From NCBI GenBank assembly GCA_037129535.1, contig JBAXUT010000003.1:7037-71036 (forward strand): a stretch of DNA of 64,000 bases, written 5' to 3'. Each line of letters opens with the position of its first letter. The stretch's first letter is position 1. This document shows positions 35,930-43,907 of the stretch, piece after piece. The translations under genes were made by a program, and so were the position numbers. Under the pieces are notes generated by a model. It saw only the letters and a list, made by a program, of their open reading frames with translations. It made no database searches and had not been told where the DNA came from. The stretch is from Candidatus Saccharimonadota bacterium. Lineage in GTDB: Bacteria; Patescibacteriota; Saccharimonadia; Saccharimonadales; Saccharimonadaceae.

Positions 35930-36010
35930 ATAGATATAATAACAGAAAACTTGCTGGGTGAATTAAAAAATACTCCAAGGGCTGTATTTATAGTCGTTTA
36001 TAGGGGGTAT

Positions 36011-36042
36011 AAAAAAGAGGGGTTTTGGCCCCCTCTTTTTTA
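36011..36042 (-). terminator. GC-rich hairpin terminator
   Basis: AAAAAAGAGGGG-TTTTGGC-CCCCTCTTTTTT. Confidence 0.7.
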
Positions 36043-36056
36043 TGTGATCTTTTTAA

Positions 36057-36998
36057 TTAAAATTTGAAGCTCGCGGAGTTTGACAATGAACTCCTTGCGG
36101 TTTTGTAATGTCCAAAAGCATCAAGACCGGCTGTTGAGTCAAATCTTACGGACTGCACTTTCATCGTATACGTTCCACGATCCCAACCAGGGAACCAATT
36201 TGAATTAAATGTGTATGTAAGTTGTCCTGCTGCACCCTTTGTAATACCTGCCAATTGGTTTTGACCAGTTTTGTATAAGTTTATGTAGACACCGTTACCT
36301 GCTTCGCCCCTACATTTGTTGCACCAAACTCTCCAATAATCTGCGCTACCCATTGAGTCTGCTGCTTGGTTGAAGCTAATGGTTACTTCTTTTGTCGATC
36401 CACCTATGCCTGTTATTTTTAGACCAGTTGGTTTTGGTGCCGCCTTTAATTTGGAGGTAGTAATTGTAGTAGTAGCTACATTACCACTGTATATTTTGTT
36501 TTTTATAGCTTCGACTTTAATTTTCAGCTTTGTGTTTAGCGGTATTACTGGTTTTTTATAGTCAAGAATTAACCGCGATCCTACTTCGCGAATTTTAACA
36601 TAACTGTTGTTTGTCTCTAGAGCCACTTGATTTACGATTATATCTCGGACATCAGACGTACACTTATCGCACGTGATGTGATATCCTTCAGCTTCCATTA
36701 TCTCGTTAAACCCAACACTGATTTCTCCAATAGCGATGTTTTTTGCTTTTAAGCCGGTTGGTTTTGGTAATGTAGAAGACGCGCCCAAAACCCCAATGTT
36801 GATGTGAGCAAAGTTCATACTTATAACAGAGACTACACCTGCTACTAATACGAAGACTCCGGCTAATTTAAATTTTAAGCCAGTGTTTTTTTTGCTAACA
36901 GTCCTCTTTAAAATTTTTTTACTGACAGTTTTTTTGACTGTCGGCCGTTTGGCGGCTAGTTTTACGGTTGTTTTTTTGTTTTTCTTTGCCGTTGCCAT
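36057..36998 (-). CDS. membrane-anchored surface protein with two Ig/FN3-like modules
   Basis: Lys-rich N-terminus, one TM helix, and two modules each starting PKPTGLK. GAGGG Shine-Dalgarno upstream. Confidence 0.5.
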   Translation of the reverse strand: MATAKKNKKTTVKLAAKRPTVKKTVSKKILKRTVSKKNTGLKFKLAGVFVLVAGVVSVISMNFAHINIGVLGASSTLPKPTGLKAKNIAIGEISVGFNEIMEAEGYHITCDKCTSDVRDIIVNQVALETNNSYVKIREVGSRLILDYKKPVIPLNTKLKIKVEAIKNKIYSGNVATTTITTSKLKAAPKPTGLKITGIGGSTKEVTISFNQAADSMGSADYWRVWCNKCRGEAGNGVYINLYKTGQNQLAGITKGAAGQLTYTFNSNWFPGWDRGTYTMKVQSVRFDSTAGLDAFGHYKTARSSLSNSASFKF

Positions 36999-37140
36999 TT
37001 TGGTGCCCTCTTTCTTTGTTGTGCAACTAAATTATAACTAATGCTATAATAACAACACTATTTTTGTGTTGCAAGTAATTTGGTTATGATTAAGCTGGTA
37101 TTATCTTTTGCTGTGGATAACTTTAGATTATAACAGGGTG

Positions 37141-37272
37141 TATATAATATGGTTGGAAGTCTGCAAGCATCCTCCGCTCATTCGCTAAAAAATGTAAACA
37201 CTTCTTAGATTCAATCGCTGCGCCGTCCCAACGACTATTTTTGTTTCGCAAAAAGTCCTTGACTCAACTCCA
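37141..37272 (-). repeat. tRNA-linked structured element, copy E3
   Basis: GTCGTTGG copy of the tRNA-Arg T-stem region, core hairpin at 37175-37198 (loop TTTA), GCGGAGGATG, and a terminal TTCCAACC equal to the tRNA T-stem 3' strand. Confidence 0.6.
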
Positions 37273-37274
37273 CT

Positions 37275-37312
37275 TGGAGGGACCAAAAAAATAAGCCAAG
37301 ATATAATCCTGG
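37275..37312 (-). terminator. terminator hairpin after tRNA-Arg copy B
   Basis: AAAAAAATAAGCCAGG-ATTATATC-TTGGCTTATTTTTTT in tRNA orientation. Confidence 0.55.
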
Positions 37313-37388
37313 CTTATTTTTTTGGTACCCCGGGTTGGAATCGGACCAACGACCTTAGGCTTAGAAGTCCTCTGCTCTATCCACTGAG
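37313..37388 (-). tRNA. tRNA-Arg (anticodon UCU), copy B
   Basis: Identical to copy A over 79 bp; plausible own promoter (TATAAT about 17 nt upstream on the reverse strand). Confidence 0.8.
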
Positions 37389-37469
37389 CTACCGGGGCAC
37401 AGTGCACCGTGTCCATTATACCAAATTATAGATGTAATTGGTGCTCCCCGTCTGTAGACTAATTTTTTT

Positions 37470-37566
37470 GTGGCTATTGGAATGTAGCTATTAGAATATG
37501 GCCAGGCAATCTCGGTTCGATCTAATCGCCAATAGCCAAATTCTAATAGCTAATAGCTAATAGCCA
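37470..37566. repeat. inverted array of AATAGC(T/C)A heptamer-like units
   Basis: The left arm is TGGCTATTGGAATGTAGCTATTAGAAT. The right arm is ATTCTAATAGCTAATAGCTAATAGCCA, and there is an inner CCAATAGCCA. The array sits between tRNA-Arg copy B and the TATAAT at 37575-37580. Confidence 0.5.
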
Positions 37567-37600
37567 ACTTGGAGTATAATTATAAGTAGGAGCAAATACA

Positions 37601-38131
37601 ATGAAACCACGATTCAAAATCTATTATACAATCGCAATTTTGCTAGCATTAACCAGTTGGATTATAACAATATATTTTTGGGATAAACTACCGTCTATAA
37701 TCCCGACACATTTTGGCATATCAGGTGCGGCTGATGGTTGGGCTGAAAAATCACTCTTTTCTGTATTCTTGTTGCCGTCAATTCAGACTATTATAACGGG
37801 CCTGTTTATATTTTTGTATTATAAGCCGCAATACGCTAATATCCCGTCTACGATGTGGCTAATGACACTAGATTCAAAACATCGCGATCATGCATTCGGA
37901 TTAATCCGTAATATGATGGCCGGGACGTTAATTATTACTAGTACGTTGTTCGCATATTTAACCTACAGCATGAATAATGCGGCGTTTGATCATGAACCCA
38001 CGTTATCATCTCCATTCCTGCTGGCGATTGTCGTCATATTGTTCGCATGGTTGGCATTTTGGATGGTTCGGATATATCGTGAGACTAATCTGTTTATTAA
38101 AAAAATTGGTAAAAAAGGAGGTTCAAAATGA
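37601..38131 (+). CDS. DUF1648/SdpI-like membrane protein
   Basis: FWDKLPSIIPTHFGISGAADGWAEKS motif and four TM helices; TAGGAG Shine-Dalgarno upstream. Confidence 0.6.
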   Translation: MKPRFKIYYTIAILLALTSWIITIYFWDKLPSIIPTHFGISGAADGWAEKSLFSVFLLPSIQTIITGLFIFLYYKPQYANIPSTMWLMTLDSKHRDHAFGLIRNMMAGTLIITSTLFAYLTYSMNNAAFDHEPTLSSPFLLAIVVILFAWLAFWMVRIYRETNLFIKKIGKKGGSK

Positions 38132-38535
38132 CGAATGTAACAGATACGGGCCCAGCACCATTGGTGGCGAACATTGAGCAAGATACATTAGATAATACTA
38201 ATTATCGGACGACCCTGTGGACAGGCGTGAATCTGCAAATCACATTGATGTCGATTGATTCAGGTGATGACATTGGGTTGGAAGTTCATGAAACTCATGA
38301 TCAGTTCCTGCGAATCGAACAGGGTCAAGCAACTGTCAAAATGGGACCAAATGCGGAAAGCCTACAAGAATGGACAGCTGGTCCTAGCGATGCTGTCGTC
38401 GTACCAGCAGGTACGTGGCATGATTTAGTCAGTACAGGCGATGTACCATTGAAAGTTTATTCAATCTACGCACCGCCTCAACACCCACATGGCACGGTGC
38501 ACGTCACCAAAGCTGACGGCGAAGCAGCGGAATAG
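38128..38535 (+). CDS. cupin domain protein
   Basis: GLEVHETHDQFLRIEQG ... VVVPAGTWHDL double cupin motif. Confidence 0.7.
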   Translation: MTNVTDTGPAPLVANIEQDTLDNTNYRTTLWTGVNLQITLMSIDSGDDIGLEVHETHDQFLRIEQGQATVKMGPNAESLQEWTAGPSDAVVVPAGTWHDLVSTGDVPLKVYSIYAPPQHPHGTVHVTKADGEAAE

Positions 38536-38579
38536 CCTAGACGATAGGGGTTGGTAGGTGTTATAATTATACGAACCGT

Positions 38580-38654
38580 GCGGGCGTCGTATAATGGCTA
38601 ATATGCGTGCCTTCCAAGCATGCGATGAGAGTTCGATTCTCTCCGCCCGCACCA
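38580..38654 (+). tRNA. tRNA-Gly (anticodon UCC), CCA encoded
   Basis: Acceptor GCGGGCG/CGCCCGC, anticodon loop CTTCCAA, T arm GAGAG-TTCGATT-CTCTC. Confidence 0.93.
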
Positions 38655-38658
38655 ATAT

Positions 38659-38736
38659 GGCGAATGTAGCTCATCTGGTTAGAGCGCCGGGTTGTGGTTC
38701 CGGAGGTAGCGGGTTCGATTCCCGTCATTCGCCCCA
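38659..38736 (+). tRNA. tRNA-His (anticodon GUG) with genome-encoded G-1, CCA encoded
   Basis: G-1 lies opposite C73; acceptor GCGAATG/CATTCGC; anticodon loop TTGTGGT. Confidence 0.93.
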
Positions 38737-38770
38737 AAATAAAATAAGGTCTTTCGGGCCTTATTTTATA
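38737..38770 (+). terminator. terminator hairpin after the tRNA-Gly/tRNA-His pair
   Basis: AAAATAAAATAAGGTC-TTTCG-GGCCTTATTTTAT. Confidence 0.6.
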
Positions 38771-38777
38771 TTTATAG

Positions 38778-38783
38778 TATAAT
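38778..38783 (+). promoter_or_regulatory. -10 box (TATAAT) 6 nt before ATG 38790
   Basis: No Shine-Dalgarno. Confidence 0.4.
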
Positions 38784-38789
38784 TAACAT

Positions 38790-39101
38790 ATGCTAGACAT
38801 GAACAAACACATTGTAAAAACCGATGATGACCAATCTTTTCATACCAGTGGGTATGCGGTGGCGGCTAATGGCAACAGAATTGGCTCAACATCAACAGAA
38901 TCGTTTCAACAGCGACAAGAAAGAGAAAGAAATCGTCAAAAGATTGGAAGCTACAGGCAGTCTGCTGTCGGTTTGTCTTATGCGGCTGCTCGTCCCAAAA
39001 CCGTAGAGGCATCTGCCATAACTAATCGCAACGCAATCAACCAGGCATCAAGCGCTCCGTCCGTACCTGCACCACCTCCTCGATACAATCCTTACGTCTA
39101 G
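38790..39101 (+). CDS. hypothetical low-complexity protein (103 aa)
   Basis: ORF with a leaderless-type promoter; no recognisable motif. Confidence 0.4.
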   Translation: MLDMNKHIVKTDDDQSFHTSGYAVAANGNRIGSTSTESFQQRQERERNRQKIGSYRQSAVGLSYAAARPKTVEASAITNRNAINQASSAPSVPAPPPRYNPYV

Positions 39102-40627
39102 ATTTCGCGTAATGTATCAATCTCGGCGCCAATTGTATTTAGACGGTTGGCAAAATCTTCATACCCACGGTTAATTGAATATACATCTCGCAGTGTTGAC
39201 ACACCGGGAGCTGCTAGCATGGCTAGCATTATCACGACTGATGGGCGTAGCGCCGGAGGTGCGATAATATCAGCTGGTTTCCATTTAGTTGGGCCTTTGA
39301 TATATACACGGTGCGGGTCAACTAATTCAATATTAGCGTTTAGTTTGGTTAGTTCGGTGAAGTAAATTGCGCGGGTTTCGTATGACCAGTCATGAACTAA
39401 TGTTCGGCCTTTGGCCATTGTCGCAATTAGCCCCAGTAATGGCAGGTTATCCATGTTTACACCAGGGAATGGCATGCTATGCAGTTTGTCCTTGGGCGCC
39501 CGTAATTTGGATTCTAATAATTTAATATCCACCAGGCGAGTTTTGCCATTCCGGGCTGAATATTCGTCGCTCATCTCGCACTGTAACCCCATATTATGTA
39601 ATATGGCCATTTCTATTTCAATGAATTCAATTGGGGCGCGTTTGATTGTGATTTCAGAACCAGTCACAATGCCAGCGGCAATCAGGCTCATGGCCTCTAT
39701 TGGATCTTCGCTGACGCAATATTCAATGTTTTGGTTAATACTGCGGACGCCACGTATTTTCAATGTGGTAGTGCCGATACCTTCGATTTTAACGCCCAGT
39801 TCTTGCAGATAGAAGCACAAGTCTTGGACCATATAATTAGGGCTGGCATTGCGGATTGTTATAGTGCCGTCATACAATGCGGCCGCCATTATGACGTTTT
39901 CGGTAGCGGTATCGCCACGCTCGGTTAGTAATATCGTCTTGTCGACAGGTTGAGGATTGGATGATACCTGATAACAATCGTTTGATGCTTTGACTGATAA
40001 CCCAAAAGGGGCTAATCCGTCTAGATGCGGCTCCACAGTCCTAGCGCCTAGTTTGCACCCACCGGCGAATGGTAATTCAAATGACCTGTATTGGTGCAGC
40101 AATGGTCCTAGAAACATGATTATTGACCTGGTTCGGCGGGCGGCATCCTCATTAATTTCGGATAGTTTCAACCGAGCTGGTGGAGTGATTTCTAGGTCAT
40201 TACGGTCGTTTAGCCAGCGCACTTTGACGCCGATACTCTGTAGTACTTCGATGATACGGTTTACTTCCTCAATGCGCGCAACTCGTCGCAGGGTAGTGGT
40301 GCCGTGGTTGATTAGACTGGCACACAATAGACCGACTGCGGCGTTTTTGCTGGTTTTAACCTCTATTTCGCCAGATAGTTTTTTGCCACCGTTGATGCGA
40401 AAGTTAATTTTTCCTGGTTTGTTCAGGCTGATTATTTCGCTAGATAGGACGTCACTGATACGAGCTAGCATCTCAAGGCTGATATTTTGTCCGCCTTTTT
40501 CTATACGGTTTATGGCGCTTTGGCTGGTACTGAGGGCTTCGGCCAGTTGTGATTGCGTTAATCCTCGTGATTGCCTGGCCTCTTGTATTAATGTTCCGAT
40601 TTTAAGTTTGTAATCTTCATTAGTCAT
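39098..40627 (-). CDS. murA: UDP-N-acetylglucosamine 1-carboxyvinyltransferase (MurA) with an N-terminal XRE-type HTH domain
   Basis: Residues 1-67 form an XRE helix-turn-helix (LTQSQLAEALSTSQSAINRIEKG). They continue without a stop into the MurA body (LSGEIEVKTSKNAAVGLLCASL). The active-site loop AGGCKLGARTVEPHL retains the Cys. Confidence 0.8.
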   Translation of the reverse strand: MTNEDYKLKIGTLIQEARQSRGLTQSQLAEALSTSQSAINRIEKGGQNISLEMLARISDVLSSEIISLNKPGKINFRINGGKKLSGEIEVKTSKNAAVGLLCASLINHGTTTLRRVARIEEVNRIIEVLQSIGVKVRWLNDRNDLEITPPARLKLSEINEDAARRTRSIIMFLGPLLHQYRSFELPFAGGCKLGARTVEPHLDGLAPFGLSVKASNDCYQVSSNPQPVDKTILLTERGDTATENVIMAAALYDGTITIRNASPNYMVQDLCFYLQELGVKIEGIGTTTLKIRGVRSINQNIEYCVSEDPIEAMSLIAAGIVTGSEITIKRAPIEFIEIEMAILHNMGLQCEMSDEYSARNGKTRLVDIKLLESKLRAPKDKLHSMPFPGVNMDNLPLLGLIATMAKGRTLVHDWSYETRAIYFTELTKLNANIELVDPHRVYIKGPTKWKPADIIAPPALRPSVVIMLAMLAAPGVSTLRDVYSINRGYEDFANRLNTIGAEIDTLREI

Positions 40628-40673
40628 ACTACTTATGATATATCACGGATGAGATAGCTACAAGCCCTTTTTC

Positions 40674-40698
40674 CTGCTAAGGGTTCAACCCTTAGCAG
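40674..40698. repeat. REP-like hairpin (copy 3)
   Basis: CTGCTAAGGG-TTCA-ACCCTTAGCAG, same core as 13404-13426. Confidence 0.65.
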
Positions 40699-40735
40699 GG
40701 GGGTGAGGCGCGGTTGGGTTTTTTTGGGTAAAAAT

Positions 40736-40761
40736 AATAAGCGCCAGGGTTGGCGCTTATT
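40736..40761. terminator. hairpin terminator of the pilin operon
   Basis: AATAAGCGCCA-GGGT-TGGCGCTTATT. Confidence 0.65.
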
Positions 40762-40789
40762 AGATATTTATTAAAGCTTTTTCTTGTTA

Positions 40790-41224
40790 TTATAGTAACA
40801 CGACAGTACAAGAAGAACTGCTTGTCGCACCGCCAGTATATACGCTTTTTAAACCGTCTGACCAGTCCCAATATGATATCTTTGCGCCACCGCCTGCGCA
40901 GGTACTATATTGAAGGTAGGCTTTAGTAATATCGCTAGTAGCTGCTGGTTGCATATTGGTAACAGTCACGCCACTAGGCATTTTAGCGTAAGTGCCGCCA
41001 GAATTCAATAACACTGTAGTTATTGGATATACATTTGTTTCTGCAAATATTGAATCTAGCACTTGGATTGCGGAGCTGGCATTAGATAGATTTTTCTGTG
41101 TATTTGCCTTGCCGGTTACACCAGTGAAAGAAACTATAGTAATAGCAGCCAAGATGCCGATGACGACGATGACTACTAATAGCTCTACGATTGTGAACCC
41201 CTTATTCTTGATTGATTTGATCAT
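40790..41224 (-). CDS. type IV (major-type) pilin
   Basis: MIKSIKNKG|FTIVELLVVIVVIGILAAI class III signal, 144 aa, C-terminal Cys pair. Confidence 0.75.
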   Translation of the reverse strand: MIKSIKNKGFTIVELLVVIVVIGILAAITIVSFTGVTGKANTQKNLSNASSAIQVLDSIFAETNVYPITTVLLNSGGTYAKMPSGVTVTNMQPAATSDITKAYLQYSTCAGGGAKISYWDWSDGLKSVYTGGATSSSSCTVVLL

Positions 41225-41299
41225 TTTCTTTATGGTGCCCCCTATATTTTATTTATATAGTTTAAATATACTACGATACCATTATAAACACAAGCTTTT

Positions 41300-43501
41300 T
41301 TAGCCTGCGTAAAAATTAATTCCATCTAGTGACACCCAGGTACTGGAGCTGCCAGTAAATGTAATTTCACCGGCATTTGTTATTGAGATCCTACCTAAAC
41401 TATCAACGTTATTTTGCGCGTATACGGATACTGCATATGCAACAGTCGAGCCACCATTCTCGTTTGCTATTTGGGTTGGTCTGTAGCCAGACGGTAGGGT
41501 CGCTATGGAATTGCTGATACCACCACCTTGTATCATACCTCGTAAACTAACCACTCCGTCCCGAGATTTGGTGTATTGTAGTGGCGATACTGGGGATATG
41601 TCTGTATAAGTTGACCAAGGCGCCAATGGACTAAGCGCAGTCCATGTAACAGCAGATGATTTTGGATAATACATGGCTTGCGTCGATATCCAACCAGTAG
41701 CTATGCCGCGAGCCAAAACACCTTCTGAGACAGATACTACAAAAGACGAGAATACATTATTGGCGATATTGGTCTGTGATGGCCTAAAAAACTTTTTTTC
41801 AGGTGATTTGTTATTTGGCATCGTAAAAATTATTGTATTCATAGTAAATACTCCTGGTACTACTAAACCCTGCAAATTAACCCGGCCGCTGTCGTCCGTT
41901 ACGTAAGACGCTGGGGCATAGCCTCCTTTATAGTTTGTCCAACCCCCATGAAAATCTTCAATTTCTGCAATTAGTGTAGGTTTGTAGCGATGGTTGTTTG
42001 GTACAAAGCTGATTCCATCCAAGAACAGCCTCCCTTCTTGGTTGCCCTTAGCTAATGTTATTTTACAGTTTGATGATATGTCTACTCTGGCGGGTTCTAG
42101 TGAGCTGCCAGCCGCTACAGTCGTTATAAATGTTAATTGTTGAGCCGGGCAATAAGATTGTGGCAGTGTGGCTATTTCGGTAGAGTTACCTGATTCTTTA
42201 TGTACTAATCCTCTTAACATGACTATGCCATCACTAGTTTTTATATAACTTCCTATGGCAAAGGGCTGACCATCATTGGCCCATCCCGAAACAAGACTAA
42301 GTGCTATTGGCGACCGGTCATATGTCATTAACTGTGCGGAGTTAGAGGTTATATAGTTGGCTAGAGAGTCGCTTTCAACTTTCGCCCGATATAAGTATCC
42401 GTCCATAGTATTTGATACGTTATCTATAGATAACGTTGACGAGGTTGAGTTATTAACATTTGACCAATTTGCTCCATTGTCTATAGATTGTTGCCAGTAT
42501 ATTGTCGGCTTAGTGCCAGATACAGCCACAGTAAAAACTGCGTTATCGCCCACTGCTATTTTTTGGTTATTCGGGTCGGCCTTAATAGCTATGTCAATCG
42601 TATTATCATCGGCCGCCAATGTGTTGTTATTAGGACTAATTGCTTGGATTGAACCTGAAAATGTATTGTTTGTGCCATTATTTGCGGCTTTGTTTATTGC
42701 AGTTATAGACACCGCGATTTTGTTTGTTAGCGCCAATGCTTCTTGTCTGACGACATCGCTTCCGTCAGGATCACTAGCTGTTCGATTCTCGTTATTGTCT
42801 AAAGAAAGGTATTGAACTGAAAATGAACTGACGTTGTCCACCAGTCTGGTATCTTTGGACTGGCAAAAACCCTCGACATTTAGACAGCTTGGTTTTTGCC
42901 AAGGTATGCCACAGCTAATGGAATTATAATTAGTCGATGTGATTGTTCGTCGCCATAAAGTTCCGTCTGATACAAAATATACTATGTTCACCATAATTGG
43001 CGAATTATTGTTTAACTGTGGGCTGTCGCAGGCTGATGGGTCACCAGATTTATATATAATATTGCGTGATGAATCCAGCGGGTTTGTTGTTGTGGCATAG
43101 CTGTTTAATATTATTGCTGGGTTATTATCTTGGCCTACGTTTTTAAATTTGACCTCGCTATTTTTGTAGCCTTGAGGTGAATTTAAATTCAGGTTGTTGG
43201 TTGCCAAAAAGCCACCACTGATTTTGACGTCTTGCTCTATTCGGTTCAGAGCATCTTGGATATTGTATGCTAGTATATTAGCACCTCGAGTCGCCATAAC
43301 ATCACCAGTCATCTTGATGATGGCAAAAACAAATGCGCCGATGACCAATATCACGATAGGGGCTATGACCACCATTTCGACGATAGTAAAGCCCTTCGAC
43401 AAGCTCAGGGTCTGCGATCCCTTCGGCGGGTTCTTAAACCGTGAGTTTATCGAACAGCTCAGGGTCTTTGACCGTCTTTTTCTTGGGTTAAGGCACGGCA
43501 T
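41300..43501 (-). CDS. large pilin-like protein, putative pilus-associated adhesin (733 aa)
   Basis: It carries a prepilin-type segment, KG|FTIVEMVV. The C-terminal half has three ~100-aa repeats with the pattern W..Y...DG.V.L.G ... TLP..Y.P ... LDGI.F. The start is uncertain: an in-frame TTG at 43402 would give the typical short leader MSKGFT. Confidence 0.6.
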   Translation of the reverse strand: MPCLNPRKRRSKTLSCSINSRFKNPPKGSQTLSLSKGFTIVEMVVIAPIVILVIGAFVFAIIKMTGDVMATRGANILAYNIQDALNRIEQDVKISGGFLATNNLNLNSPQGYKNSEVKFKNVGQDNNPAIILNSYATTTNPLDSSRNIIYKSGDPSACDSPQLNNNSPIMVNIVYFVSDGTLWRRTITSTNYNSISCGIPWQKPSCLNVEGFCQSKDTRLVDNVSSFSVQYLSLDNNENRTASDPDGSDVVRQEALALTNKIAVSITAINKAANNGTNNTFSGSIQAISPNNNTLAADDNTIDIAIKADPNNQKIAVGDNAVFTVAVSGTKPTIYWQQSIDNGANWSNVNNSTSSTLSIDNVSNTMDGYLYRAKVESDSLANYITSNSAQLMTYDRSPIALSLVSGWANDGQPFAIGSYIKTSDGIVMLRGLVHKESGNSTEIATLPQSYCPAQQLTFITTVAAGSSLEPARVDISSNCKITLAKGNQEGRLFLDGISFVPNNHRYKPTLIAEIEDFHGGWTNYKGGYAPASYVTDDSGRVNLQGLVVPGVFTMNTIIFTMPNNKSPEKKFFRPSQTNIANNVFSSFVVSVSEGVLARGIATGWISTQAMYYPKSSAVTWTALSPLAPWSTYTDISPVSPLQYTKSRDGVVSLRGMIQGGGISNSIATLPSGYRPTQIANENGGSTVAYAVSVYAQNNVDSLGRISITNAGEITFTGSSSTWVSLDGINFYAG

Positions 43502-43907
43502 AATACGTTGCCTCGGTTAGGGATTGTTGGGGGGTGTTGTATTTGATTGTAACGGTGGTTCTGATGATTGTGTCGTTTACGGCTTTATCGTATGCGCATT
43601 GGTTGTTAATCTTTATCTCTACATTCGAGAGAGAATCTACCTCTATTGTATTGTTGTTTGCTTGGGAATAGATAAATTCTGTACGTAGCTGGCCATCGTC
43701 GCATTCAGATGGCTTCGTATCATTTATAACAGCCTTCTCTTTTTGTAAATATTCATAAGCCACATTGCTGGCTTTGGCTCGTGCTCGGGCTTCACCACCA
43801 TCGCGGATGATCATAGAATACAGCTGGTAGCCGGACATTAGGAATGCCGCCGCTATGAATAGGGTGACCAGTAATTCAACGGTCGTAAATCCACCATCTT
43901 TTTTCAT
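43488..43907 (-). CDS. minor pilin/pseudopilin
   Basis: MKKDGG|FTTVELLVTLFIAAAF. ATG 43907 forms an ATGA overlap with the upstream stop and is preferred to the track start 43931. Confidence 0.65.
   Translation of the reverse strand: MKKDGGFTTVELLVTLFIAAAFLMSGYQLYSMIIRDGGEARARAKASNVAYEYLQKEKAVINDTKPSECDDGQLRTEFIYSQANNNTIEVDSLSNVEIKINNQCAYDKAVNDTIIRTTVTIKYNTPQQSLTEATYYAVP

Noticed and set aside
34513-37388. Interpreting the tRNA-Arg-bracketed segment as a prophage or integrative conjugative element
   Set aside because: It is only 2.8 kb and has no integrase, excisionase, replication or structural genes. It is reported instead as a duplication or islet of uncertain origin.
37529-37566. Tandem TAATAGC units as a possible CRISPR or microsatellite array
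   Set aside because: The period is only 7 bp, there are 3-4 units and no spacers. It forms part of an inverted-repeat operator-like structure, not a CRISPR array.
38461-38782. Two short ORFs (38461-38655 minus, 38594-38782 plus)
   Set aside because: Both overlap the tRNA-Gly and tRNA-His genes.
39990-40613. 207-aa plus-strand ORF, plus other antisense ORFs within murA, the 733-aa pilin-like gene, pilB, pilM, xfp and the LTD gene
   Set aside because: All are shadow ORFs opposite long genes with clear family motifs. They have biased composition and no recognisable domains or start signals.
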